Source of the DNA: Eledone cirrhosa
Taxonomy: Eukaryota
Direction of reading: 5' to 3'
Length of the DNA stretch: 64,000 bases
Assembly: GCA_964016885.1 (NCBI GenBank)
Contig: CAXHJY010000096.1
Span: 124,001-188,000 of the forward strand
The notes beneath the pieces were generated by a model that ran no database searches, was not told where the DNA came from, and saw only the letters and a program-made list of their open reading frames with translations. Each line of letters starts with the position of its first letter. The first letter of the stretch is position 1. The translations under genes were made by a program, and so were the position numbers. Below, one piece after another: positions 1 to 11,800 of this stretch.

Positions 1-3000
1 AATTTCCAGCCGTCCAAGGGGAGATAATTTTTTAAAAAATCAGGTGGAGATAATTTGTAAAAAAAATCAGGGGGAGATAATTTGTAAAAACAAAATCAAG
101 GGCAGATAATTTCCAGCTGTCCAAGGGGAGATAATTTCCAGCCGTCCAAGGGGAGATAATTTCCAGCCGTCCAAGGGGAGATAATTTCCATCCTTCCAAG
201 GGGATATAATTTCCAGCCGTCCAAGGGGAGATAATTTCCCGCCAGCCAAGGGAAGATGAATTTTAAAAAAATCAGGCGGAGATTGTAAAAAAAATCAGGG
301 GGGGAGATAATTTGTAAAAAAATCAGGGGGAGATAATTTGTAAAAAAAAAATCAGGGGGAGATAATTTGTAAAAAAAAATCAGGGGGAGATAATTTGTGA
401 AAAAAAAATCAGGGGGAGATAATTTGTAAAAAAATTAGGCGTAGATAATTTGTAAAAAAAAATCAGGGGGAGATAATTTGTAAAAAAAAATCAGGGGGAG
501 ATAATTTGTTTAAAAAATCAAGGGGAGATAATTTGCAGCCGTCCAAGGGGAGATAATTTTCAGCCGTCCAAAGAGAGGTAATTTCTAGCCGTTCAAGGGG
601 AGATAATTTCCAGCCGTCCAAGGGGAAATAATTTCCAGCCGTCCAAGGGGAGATAATTTTTTTAAAAAAATCAGGCGGAGATAATTTGTAAAAAAAATCA
701 GGGGGAGATAATTCGTAAAAAAAAATCAGGGGGAGATAATTTGTAAAAAAAAATCAGGGGGAGATAATTTGTAAAAAAAATCAAGGGGAGATAATTTCCA
801 GCCGTCCAAGGGGAGGTAATATCTAGCCGTCCAAGGGGAGATAATTTCCAGCCGTCCAAGGGGAGATAATTTTTTTAAAAAAATCAGGCGGAGATAATTT
901 GTAAAAAAAATCAGGGGGAGATAATTTGTAAACAAAATTAGGGGGAGATAATTTGTAAAAAAAAATCAGGGGGAGATAATTTGTAAAAAAAATTAGGCGT
1001 AGATAATTTGTAAAAAAAAATCAGGGGAGATAATTTGTAAAAAAAAATCAGGGGGAGATAATTTGTTTAAAAAATCAAGGGGAGATAATTTGCAGCCGTC
1101 CAAGGGGAGATAATTTTCAGCCGTCCAAGGAGAGGTAATTTCTAGCCGTTCAAGAGGAGATAATTTCCAGCCGTCCAAGGGGAGATAATTTCCAGCCGTC
1201 CAAGGGAAGATAATTTCCAGCCCTCCAAGGGGCTATAATTTCCAGCGTCCAAGGGGAGATAATTTCCAGCCAGCGAAGGGGAGATAATTTTTTTTAAAAT
1301 ATCATTGGGAGATTTGTAAAAAAAATCAGGGGGAGATAATTTGTAAAAAAAATCAAGGGGAGATAATTTCCAGCCGTCCAAGGGGAGGTAATATCTAGCC
1401 GTCCAAGGGGAGATAATTTCCAGCCGTCCAAGGGGAGATAATTTCCAGCCGTCCAAGGGTAGATAATATCCAGCCGTCCAAGGACATATTTTCCAGCCGT
1501 CCAAGGAGAGGTAATTTCTAGCCGTCCAAGGGGAGATAAATTCCAGCCTCCAAGGGGAGATAATTTCCAGCCAGCCAAGGGGAGATAATTTGTAAAAAAA
1601 TCAGGGGGAGATAATTTGTAAAAAAAATCAGGGGGAGATAATTTGTAAAAAAAAATCAGGGGGAGATAATTTGTAAAAAAAAATCAGGGGGAGATAATTT
1701 GTAAAAAAAAATCAGGGGGAGATAATTTCCAGCCGTCCAAGGGGAGATAATTTTCAGCCGTCCAAGGGGAGATAATTTCCCGCCAGCCAAGGGAAGATAA
1801 TATCTAAAAAAATCAGGCGGAGATAATTTGTAAAAAAAATCAGGGGGAGATAATTTGTAAAAAATTCAGGGGGAGATAATTTGTAAAAAAAAAATCAGGG
1901 GGAGATAATTTGTAAAAAAAATCAGGGGGAGATAATTTGTAAAAAAAAATCAGGGGTAGATAATTTGTAAAAAAAATCAGGGGGAGATAATTTGTAAAAA
2001 AAATGAAAGGGGAGATAATATCCAGCCGTCCAAGGGGAGATAATTTCCAGCCGTCCAAGGGGAGATAATTTCCAGCCGTCCAAGGGGAGATAATTTCCAT
2101 CCTTCCAAGGGGATATAATTTCCAGCCGTCCAAGGGGAGATAATTTCCCGCCAGCCAAGGGAAGATAATTTTTTAAAAAATCAGGCGGAGATTGTAAAAA
2201 AAATCAGGGGGGAGATAATTTGTAAAAAAATCAGGGGGAGATAATTTGTAAAAAAAAATCAGGGGGAGATAATTTGTAAAAAATAATCAGGGGGAGATAA
2301 TTTGTAAAAAAAAATCAAGGGGAGATAATTTCCAGCCGTCCAAGGGGAGATAATTTCCATCCTTCCAAGGGGATATAATTTCCAGCCGTCCAAGGGGAGA
2401 TAATTTCCCGCCAGCCAAGTGAAGATGATTTTTAAAAAAATCAGGCGGAGATTGTAAAAAAAATCAGGGGGGGAGATAATTTGTAAAAAAATCAGGGGGA
2501 GATAATTTGTAAAAAAAAAATCAGGGGGAGATAATTTGTAAAAAAAAATCAGGGGGAGATAATTTGTAAAAAAAAATCAGGGGGAGATAATTTGTAAAAA
2601 AAATTAGGCGTAGATAATTTGTAAAAAAAAATCAGGGGGAGATAATTTGTAAAAAAAATCAGGGGGAGATAATTTGTTTAAAAAATCAAGGGGAGATAAT
2701 TTGCAGCCGTCCAAGGGGAGATAATTTTCAGCCGTCCAAGGAGAGGTAATTTCTAGCCGTTCAAGGGGAGATAATTTCCAGCCGTCCAAGGGGAAATAAT
2801 TTCCAGCCGTCCAAGGGGAGATAATTTTTTTTAAAAAATCAGGCGGAGATAATTTGTAAAAAAAATCAGGGGGAGATAATTCGTAAAAAAAAATCAGGGG
2901 GAGATAATTTGTAAAAAAAAATCAGGGGGAGATAATTTGTAAAAAAAATCAAGGGGAGATAATTTCCAGCCGTCCAAGGGGAGGTAATATCTAGCCGTCC

Positions 3001-5850
3001 AAGGGGAGATAATTTCCAGCCGTCCAAGGGGAGATAATTTTTTTTAAAAAATCAGGCGGAGATAATTTGTAAAAAAAATCAGGGGGAGATAATTTGTAAA
3101 CAAAATCAGGGGGAGATAATTTGTAAAAAAAAATCAGGGGGAGATAATTTGTAAAAAAAATTAGGCGTAGATAATTTGTAAAAAAAAATCAGGGGGAGAT
3201 AATTTGTAAAAAAAAATCAGAGGGAGATAATTTGTTTAAAAAATCAAGGGGAGATAATTTGCAGCCGTCCAAGGGGAGATAATTTTCAGCCGTCCAAGGA
3301 GAGGTAATTTCTAGCCGTTCAAGGGGAGATAATTTCCAGCCGTCCAAGGGGAGATAATTTCCAGCCGTCCAAGGGGAGATAATTTTTTTTAAAAAATCAG
3401 GCGGAGATAATTTGTAAAAAAAAATCAGGGGGAGATAATTCGTAAAAAAAAATCAGGGGGAGATAATTTGTAAAAGAAATCAAGGAGAGATAATTTCCAG
3501 CCGTCCAAGGGGAGATAATTTCCAGCCGTCCAAGGAGACATATTTTCCAGCCGTCCAAGGCGAGGTAATTTCTAGCCGTCCAAGGGGAGATAAATTCCAG
3601 CCTCCAAGGGGAGATAATTTCCAGCCAGCCAAGTGGAGATAATTTGTAAAAAAATCAGGGGGAGATAATTTGTAAAAAATATCAGGGAGATAATTTGTAA
3701 AAAAAAATCAGGGGGAGATAATTTGTAAAAAAAATCAGGGGGAGATAATTTGTAAAAAAAAATCAGGGGGAGATAATTTGTAAAAAAAATCAAGGGGTGA
3801 TAATTTCCAGCCGTCCAAGGGGAGATAATTTTCAGCCGTCCAAGGGGAGATAATTTCCCGCCAGCCAAGGGAAGATAATTTCTAAAAAAATCAGGCGGAG
3901 ATTGTAAAAAAAATCAGGGGGGAGATAATTTGTAAAAAAATCAGGGGGAGATAATTTGTAAAAAATAATCAGAGGGAGATAATTTGTAAAAAAATTCAAG
4001 GGGAGATAATTTCCAGCCGTCCAAGGGAAGATAATTTCCCGCCAGCCAAGGGAAGATAATATTTAAAAAAATTAGGCGGAGATAATTTGTAAAAAAAATC
4101 AGGGGGAGATAATTTGTAAAAAAATCAGGGGGAGATAATTTGTAAAAAAAATCAGGGGGAGATAATTTGTAAAAAAAATTATGGGGAGATAATTTGTAAA
4201 AAAAAATCAGGGGTAGATAATTTGTAAAAAAAAATCAGGGGGAGATAATTTGTAAAAAAAAATCAGGGGAAGATAATTTGTAAAAAAAATCAAGGGGAGA
4301 TAATATCCAGCCGTCCAAGGAGAGATAATTTTTAAAAAAAATGAGGCGGAGATAATTTGTAAAAAAAAAATCAGGGGGAGTTAATTTGTAAAAAAAAATG
4401 AGGGGGAGATAATTTGTAAAAAAAATCAAGGGGAGATAATTTCCAGCCGTCCAAGGGGAGATAATTTTCAGCCGTCCAAGGAGAGGTAATTTCTAGCCGT
4501 CGAAGGGGAGATAATTTCCAGCCGTCCAAGGGGAGGTCATTTCCAGCCGTCCAAGGGGAGATAATTTTTAAAAAAAAATCAGGCGGAGATAATTTGTAAA
4601 AAAAATCAAGGGGAGATAATTTGCAGCCGTCCAAGGGGAGATAATTTTCAGTCGTCCAAGGAGAGGTAATTTCTAGCCGTCCAAGGGGAGATAATTTCCA
4701 GCCGTCCAAGGGGAGATAATTTCCAGCCGTCCAAGGGGAGATAATTTTTTTTAAAAAATCAGGCGGAGATAATTTGTAAAAAAAATCAGGGGGAGATAAT
4801 TTGTAAAAAAAAATCAGGGGGAGATAATTTGTAAAAAAAATTAGGCGTAGATAATTTGTAAAAAAAAATCAGGGGGAGATAATTTGTAAAAAAAATCAGG
4901 GGGAGATAATTTGTTTAAAAAATCAAGGGGAGATAATTTGCAGCCGTCCAAGGGGAGATAATTTTCAGCCGTCCAAGGAGACGTAATTTCTAGCCGTTCA
5001 AGGGGAGATAATTTCCAGCCGTCCAAGGGGAGATAATTTCCAGCCGTCCAAGGGGAGATAATTTTTTTTAAAAAATCAGGCGGAGATAATTTGTAAAAAA
5101 AAATCAGGGGGAGATAATTCGTAAAAAAAAATCAGGGGGAGATAATTTGTAAAAAAAAATCAGGGGGAGATAATTTGTAAAAAAAATCAAGGGGAGATAA
5201 TTTCCAGCCGTCCAAGGGGAGGTAATATCTAGCCGTCCAAGGGGAGATAATTTCCAGCCGTCCAAGGGGAGATAATTTCCAGCCGTCCAAGGGGAGATAA
5301 TTTCCAGCCGTCCAAGGAGACATATTTTCCAGCCGTCCAAGGCGAGGTAATTTCTAGCCGTCCAAGGGGAGATAAATTCCAGCCTCCAAGGGGAGATAAT
5401 TTCCAGCCAGCCAAGTGGAGATAATTTGTAAAAAAATCAGGGGGAGATAATTTGTAAAAAATATGAGGGAGATAATTTGTAAAAAAAAATCAGGGGGAGA
5501 TAATTTGTAAAAAAAATCAGGGGGAGATAATTTGTAAAAATAAATCAGGGGGAGATAATTTGTAAAAAAAATCAAGGGGAGATAATTTCCAGCCGTCCAA
5601 GGGGAGATAATTTTCAGCCGTCCAAGGGGAGATAATTTCCCGCCAGCCAAGGGAAGATAATATTTAAAAAAATCAGGCGGAGATAATTTGTAAAAAAAAT
5701 CAGGGGGAGATAATTTGTAAAAAAATCAGGGGGAGATAATTTGTAAAAAAAAAATCAGGGGGAGATAATTTGTAAAAAAAATCAGGGGGAGATAATTTGT
5801 AAAAAAAAATCAGGGGTAGATAATTTGTAAAAAAAAATCAGGGGGAGATA
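1..5850 (+). repeat. HOR segment, copy 1 of a duplication with 11,262-bp offset
   Basis: Identical ORF-track entries at a constant +11262 (67/11329, 726/11988, 1142/12404, 1840/13102, 3572/14834, 4235/15497, 5354/16616). Shared private variant GTCCAAAGAGAGG at about 566 and 11828. Confidence 0.9.
1345..1580 (+). repeat. Example type A run (about 9 x 25-bp units) with diagnostic variants GGGGAGGTAATATCTAGCC, GGGTAGATAATATCC, GGACATATTTTCC, GATAAATTCCAGCCTCCAA, CCAGCCAGCCAA
   Basis: Read directly. The same ordered set of variants recurs near 6.1, 12.6, 31.8, 33.1, 34.3, 41.3, 42.7, 43.8, 50.3, 61.2 and 62.5 kb. Confidence 0.9.
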
Positions 5851-5950
5851 ATTTGTAAAAAAAATCAGGGGGAGATAATTTGTAAAAAAAAATCAGGGGT
5901 AGATAATTTGTAAAAAAAAATCAGGGGGAGATAATTTGTAAAAAAAATCA
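5675..5950 (+). repeat. Example type B run (about 10 x 26-29-bp A-tract units, including GGGGTAGATAA variants)
   Basis: Read directly: consecutive GGGGGAGATAATTTGT(A)7-10TCA units ending in the ATCAAGGGG junction. Confidence 0.9.
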
Positions 5951-7049
5951 AGGGGAGATAATTTCCAGCCGTCCAAGGGAAGATAATTTCCAGCCCTCCA
6001 AGGGGCTATAATTTCCAGCGTCCAAGGGGAGATAATTTCCAGCCAGCGAAGGGGAGATAATTTTTTTTTAAATATCATTGGGAGATTTGTAAAAAAAATC
6101 AGGGGGAGATAATTTGTAAAAAAAATCAAGGGGAGATAATTTCCAGCCGTCCAAGGGGAGGTAATATCTAGCCGTCCAAGGGGAGATAATTTCCAGCCGT
6201 CCAAGGGGAGATAATTTCCAGCCGTCCAAGGGTAGATAATATCCAGCCGTCCAAGGACATATTTTCCAGCCGTCCAAGGAGAGGTAATTTCTAGCCGTCC
6301 AAGGGGAGATAAATTCCAGCCTCCAAGGGGAGATAATTTCCAGCCAGCCAAGGGGAGATAATTTGTAAAAAAATCAGGGGGAGATAATTTGTAAAAAAAA
6401 TCAGGGGGAGATAATTTGTAAAAAAAAATCAGGGGGAGATAATTTGTAAAAAAAAATCAGGGGGAGATAATTTGTAAAAAAAATCAAGGGGAGATAATTT
6501 CCAGCCGTCCAAGGGGAGATAATTTTCAGCCGTCCAAGGGGAGATAATTTCCCGCCAGCCAAGGGAAGATAATATTTAAAAAAATCAGGCGGAGATAATT
6601 TGTAAAAAAAATCAGGGGGAGATAATTTGTAAAAAATTCAGGGGGAGATAATTTGTAAAAAAAAAATCAGGGGGAGATAATTTGTAAAAAAAATCAGGGG
6701 GAGATAATTTGTAAAAAAAAATCAGGGGTAGATAATTTGTAAAAAAAATCAGGGGGAGATAATTTGTAAAAAAAATGAAAGGGGAGATAATATCCAGCCG
6801 TCCAAGGGGAGATAATTTCCAGCCGTCCAAGGGGAGATAATTTCCAGCCGTCCAAGGGGAGATAATTTCCATCCTTCCAAGGGGATATAATTTCCAGCCG
6901 TCCAAGGGGAGATAATTTCCCGCCAGCCAAGGGAAGATAATTTTTTAAAAAATCAGGCGGAGATTGTAAAAAAAATCAGGGGGGAGATAATTTGTAAAAA
7001 AATCAGGGGGAGATAATTTGTAAAAAAAAATCAGGGGGAGATAATTTGT

Positions 7050-7573
7050 AAAAAATAATCAGGGGGAGATAATTTGTAAAAAAAAATCAAGGGGAGATAA
7101 TTTCCAGCCGTCCAAGGGGAGATAATTTCCATCCTTCCAAGGGGATATAATTTCCAGCCGTCCAAGGGGAGATAATTTCCCGCCAGCCAAGGGAAGATGA
7201 TTTTTAAAAAAATCAGGCGGAGATTGTAAAAAAAATCAGGGGGGGAGATAATTTGTAAAAAAATCAGGGGGAGATAATTTGTAAAAAAAAAATCAGGGGG
7301 AGATAATTTGTAAAAAATAATCAGGGGGAGATAATTTGTAAAAAAAAATCAAGGGGAGATAATTTCCAGCCGTCCAAGGGGAGATAATTTCCATCCTTCC
7401 AAGGGGATATAATTTCCAGCCGTCCAAGGGGAGATAATTTCCCGCCAGCCAAGGGAAGATGATTTTTAAAAAAATCAGGCGGAGATTGTAAAAAAAATCA
7501 GGGGGGGAGATAATTTGTAAAAAAATCAGGGGGAGATAATTTGTAAAAAAAAAATCAGGGGGAGATAATTTGT
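7050..7573 (+). repeat. Local 262-bp tandem duplication (about 10 monomers)
   Basis: Markers AAAAATAATC (7051 / about 7313) and ATCCTTCCAA (7131 / 7393) are repeated at +262. The block is single-copy in the homologous regions near 2.3, 13.5 and 44.75 kb. Confidence 0.85.
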
Positions 7574-8849
7574 AAAAAAAAATCAGGGGGAGATAATTTG
7601 TAAAAAAAAATCAGGGGGAGATAATTTGTAAAAAAAATTAGGCGTAGATAATTTGTAAAAAAAAATCAGGGGGAGATAATTTGTAAAAAAAAATCAGGGG
7701 GAGATAATTTGTTTAAAAAATCAAGGGGAGATAATTTGCAGCCGTCCAAGGGGAGATAATTTTCAGCCGTCCAAGGAGAGGTAATTTCTAGCCGTTCAAG
7801 GGGAGATAATTTCCAGCCGTCCAAGGGGAAATAATTTCCAGCCGTCCAAGGGGAGATAATTTTTTTTAAAAAATCAGGCGGAGATAATTTGTAAAAAAAA
7901 TCAGGGGGAGATAATTCGTAAAAAAAATCAGGGGGAGATAATTTGTAAAAAAAAATCAGGGGGAGATAATTTGTAAAAAAAATCAAGGGGAGATAATTTC
8001 CAGCCGTCCAAGGGGAGGTAATATCTAGCCGTCCAAGGGGAGATAATTTCCAGCCGTCCAAGGGGAGATAATTTTTTTTAAAAAATCAGGCGGAGATAAT
8101 TTGTAAAAAAAATCAGGGGGAGATAATTTGTAAACAAAATCAGGGGGAGATAATTTGTAAAAAAAAATCAGGGGGAGATAATTTGTAAAAAAAATTAGGC
8201 GTAGATAATTTGTAAAAAAAAATCAGGGGGAGATAATTTGTAAAAAAAAATCAGAGGGAGATAATTTGTTTAAAAAATCAAGGGGAGATAATTTGCAGCC
8301 GTCCAAGGGGAGATAATTTTCAGCCGTCCAAGGAGACATATTTTCCAGCCGTCCAAGGCGAGGTAATTTCTAGCCGTCCAAGGGGAGATAAATTCCAGCC
8401 TCCAAGGGGAGATAATTTCCAGCCAGCCAAGTGGAGATAATTTGTAAAAAAATCAGGGGGAGATAATTTGTAAAAAATATCAGGGAGATAATTTGTAAAA
8501 AAAAATCAGGGGGAGATAATTTGTAAAAAAAATCAGGGGGAGATAATTTGTAAAAAAAAATCAGGGGGAGATAATTTGTAAAAAAAATCAAGGGGTGATA
8601 ATTTCCAGCCGTCCAAGGGGAGATAATTTTCAGCCGTCCAAGGGGAGATAATTTCCCGCCAGCCAAGGGAAGATAATATTTAAAAAAATTAGGCGGAGAT
8701 AATTTGTAAAAAAAATCAGGGGGAGATAATTTGTAAAAAAATCAGGGGGAGATAATTTGTAAAAAAAATCAGGGGGAGATAATTTGTAAAAAAAATTATG
8801 GGGAGATAATTTGTAAAAAAAAATCAGGGGTAGATAATTTGTAAAAAAA

Positions 8850-11800
8850 AATCAGGGGGAGATAATTTGTAAAAAAAAATCAGGGGGAGATAATTTGTAA
8901 AAAAAATCAAGGGGAGATAATTTCCAGCCGTCCAAGGGGAGATAATTTTCAGCCGTCCAAGGAGAGGTAATTTCTAGCCGTCGAAGGGGAGATAATTTCC
9001 AGCCGTCCAAGGGGAGGTCATTTCCAGCCGTCCAAGGGGAGATAATTTTTAAAAAAAAATCAGGCGGAGATAATTTGTAAAAAAAATCAAGGGGAGATAA
9101 TTTGCAGCCGTCCAAGGGGAGATAATTTTCAGTCGTCCAAGGAGAGGTAATTTCTAGCCGTCCAAGGGGAGATAATTTCCAGCCGTCCAAGGGGAGATAA
9201 TTTCCAGCCGTCCAAGGGGAGATAATTTTTTTTAAAAAATCAGGCGGAGATAATTTGTAAAAAAAATCAGGGGGAGATAATTTGTAAAAAAAAATCAGGG
9301 GGAGATAATTTGTAAAAAAAATTAGGCGTAGATAATTTGTAAAAAAAAATCAGGGGGAGATAATTTGTAAAAAAAAATCAGGGGGAGATAATTTGTTTAA
9401 AAAATCAAGGGGAGATAATTTGCAGCCGTCCAAGGGGAGATAATTTTCAGCCGTCCAAGGAGACGTAATTTCTAGCCGTTCAAGGGGAGATAATTTCCAG
9501 CCGTCCAAGGGGAGATAATTTCCAGCCGTCCAAGGGGAGATAATTTTTTTTAAAAAATCAGGCGGAGATAATTTGTAAAAAAAAATCAGGGGGAGATAAT
9601 TCGTAAAAAAAAATCAGGGGGAGATAATTTGTAAAAAAAAATCAGGGGGAGATAATTTGTAAAAAAAATCAAGGGGAGATAATTTCCAGCCGTCCAAGGG
9701 GAGGTAATATCTAGCCGTCCAAGGGGAGATAATTTCCAGCCGTCCAAGGGGAGATAATTTCCAGCCGTCCAAGGGGAGATAATTTCCAGCCGTCCAAGGA
9801 GACATATTTTCCAGCCGTCCAAGGCGAGGTAATTTCTAGCCGTCCAAGGGGAGATAAATTCCAGCCTCCAAGGGGAGATAATTTCCAGCCAGCCAAGTGG
9901 AGATAATTTGTAAAAAAATCAGGGGGAGATAATTTGTAAAAAATATGAGGGAGATAATTTGTAAAAAAAAATCAGGGGGAGATAATTTGTAAAAAAAATC
10001 AGGGGGAGATAATTTGTAAAAAAAAATCAGGGGGAGATAATTTGTAAAAAAAATCAAGGGGAGATAATTTCCAGCCATCCAAGGGGAGATAATTTTCAGC
10101 CGTCCAAGGGGAGATAATTTCCCGCCAGCCAAGGGAAGATAATATTTAAAAAAATCAGGCGGAGATAATTTGTAAAAAAAATCAGGGGGAGATAATTTGT
10201 AAAAAAATCAGGGGGAGATAATTTGTAAAAAAAAAATCAGGGGGAGATAATTTGTAAAAAAAATCAGGGGGAGATAATTTGTAAAAAAAAATCAGGGGTA
10301 GATAATTTGTAAAAAAAAATCAGGGGGAGATAATTTGTAAAAAAAAATCAGGGGGAGATAATTTGTAAAAAAAATGAAAGGGGAGATAATATCCAGCCGT
10401 CCAAGGGGAGATAATTTCCAGCCGTCCAAGGGGAGATAATTTCCAGCCGTCCAAGGGGAGATAATTTCCATCCTTCCAAGGGGATATAATTTCCAGCCGT
10501 CCAAGGGGAGATAATTTCCCGCCAGCCAAGGGAAGATAATTTTTAAAAAAATCAGGCGGAGATTGTAAAAAAAATCAGGGGGGAGATAATTTGTAAAAAA
10601 ATCAGGGGGAGATAATTTGTTAAAAATAATCAGGGGGAGATAATTTGTAAAAAAATTCAAGGGGAGATAATTTCCAGCCGTCCAAGGGGAGATAATTTCC
10701 CGCCAGCCAAGGGAAGATAATATTTAAAAAAATTAGGCGGAGATAATTTGTAAAAAAAATCAGGGGGAGATAATTTGTAAAAAAATCAGGGGGAGATAAT
10801 TTGTAAAAAAAATCAGGGGGAGATAATTTGTAAAAAAAATCAAGGGGAGATAATTTCCAGCCGTCCAAGGGGAGATAATTTTCAGCCGTCCAAGGGGAGA
10901 TAATTTCCCGCCAGCCAAGGGAAGATAATATTTAAAAAAATCAGGCGGAGATAATTTGTAAAAAAAATCAGGGGGAGATAATTTGTAAAAAATTCAGGGG
11001 GAGATAATTTGTAAAAAAAAAATCAGAGGGAGATAATTTGTAAAAAAAATCAGGGGGAGATAATTTGTAAAAAAAATCAGGGGGAGATAATTTGTAAAAA
11101 AAATGAAAGGGGAGATAATATCCAGCCGTCCAAGGGGAGATAATTTCCAGCCGTCCAAGGGGAGATAATTTCCAGCCGTCCAAGGGGAGATAATTTCCAT
11201 CCTTCCAAGGGGATATAATTTCCAGCCGTCCAAGGGGAGATAATTTCGAGCCAAGGGGAGATAATTTCCAGCCGTCCAAGGGGAGATAATTTTTTAAAAA
11301 ATCAGGTGGAGATAATTTGTAAAAAAAATCAGGGGGAGATAATTTGTAAAAACAAAATCAAGGGCAGATAATTTCCAGCTGTCCAAGGGGAGATAATTTC
11401 CAGCCGTCCAAGGGGAGATAATTTCCAGCCGTCCAAGGGGAGATAATTTCCATCCTTCCAAGGGGATATAATTTCCAGCCGTCCAAGGGGAGATAATTTC
11501 CCGCCAGCCAAGGGAAGATGAATTTTAAAAAAATCAGGCGGAGATTGTAAAAAAAATCAGGGGGGGAGATAATTTGTAAAAAAATCAGGGGGAGATAATT
11601 TGTAAAAAAAAAATCAGGGGGAGATAATTTGTAAAAAAAAATCAGGGGGAGATAATTTGTGAAAAAAAAATCAGGGGGAGATAATTTGTAAAAAAATTAG
11701 GCGTAGATAATTTGTAAAAAAAAATCAGGGGGAGATAATTTGTAAAAAAAAATCAGGGGGAGATAATTTGTTTAAAAAATCAAGGGGAGATAATTTGCAG

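Noticed and set aside
236-252. TTGGC (reverse complement of GCCAA) in the CCCGCCAGCCAA variant, resembling the nematode HIM-8/ZIM pairing-centre core
   Set aside because: It is only a 5-bp match in a minority variant, the main monomer reads TTGGAC, and the host is unknown.
650-680. T-run/A-run dyads as intrinsic terminators or MITE terminal inverted repeats
   Set aside because: There is no GC-rich stem, no upstream gene and no target-site duplication. These are simply junction monomers of the satellite.
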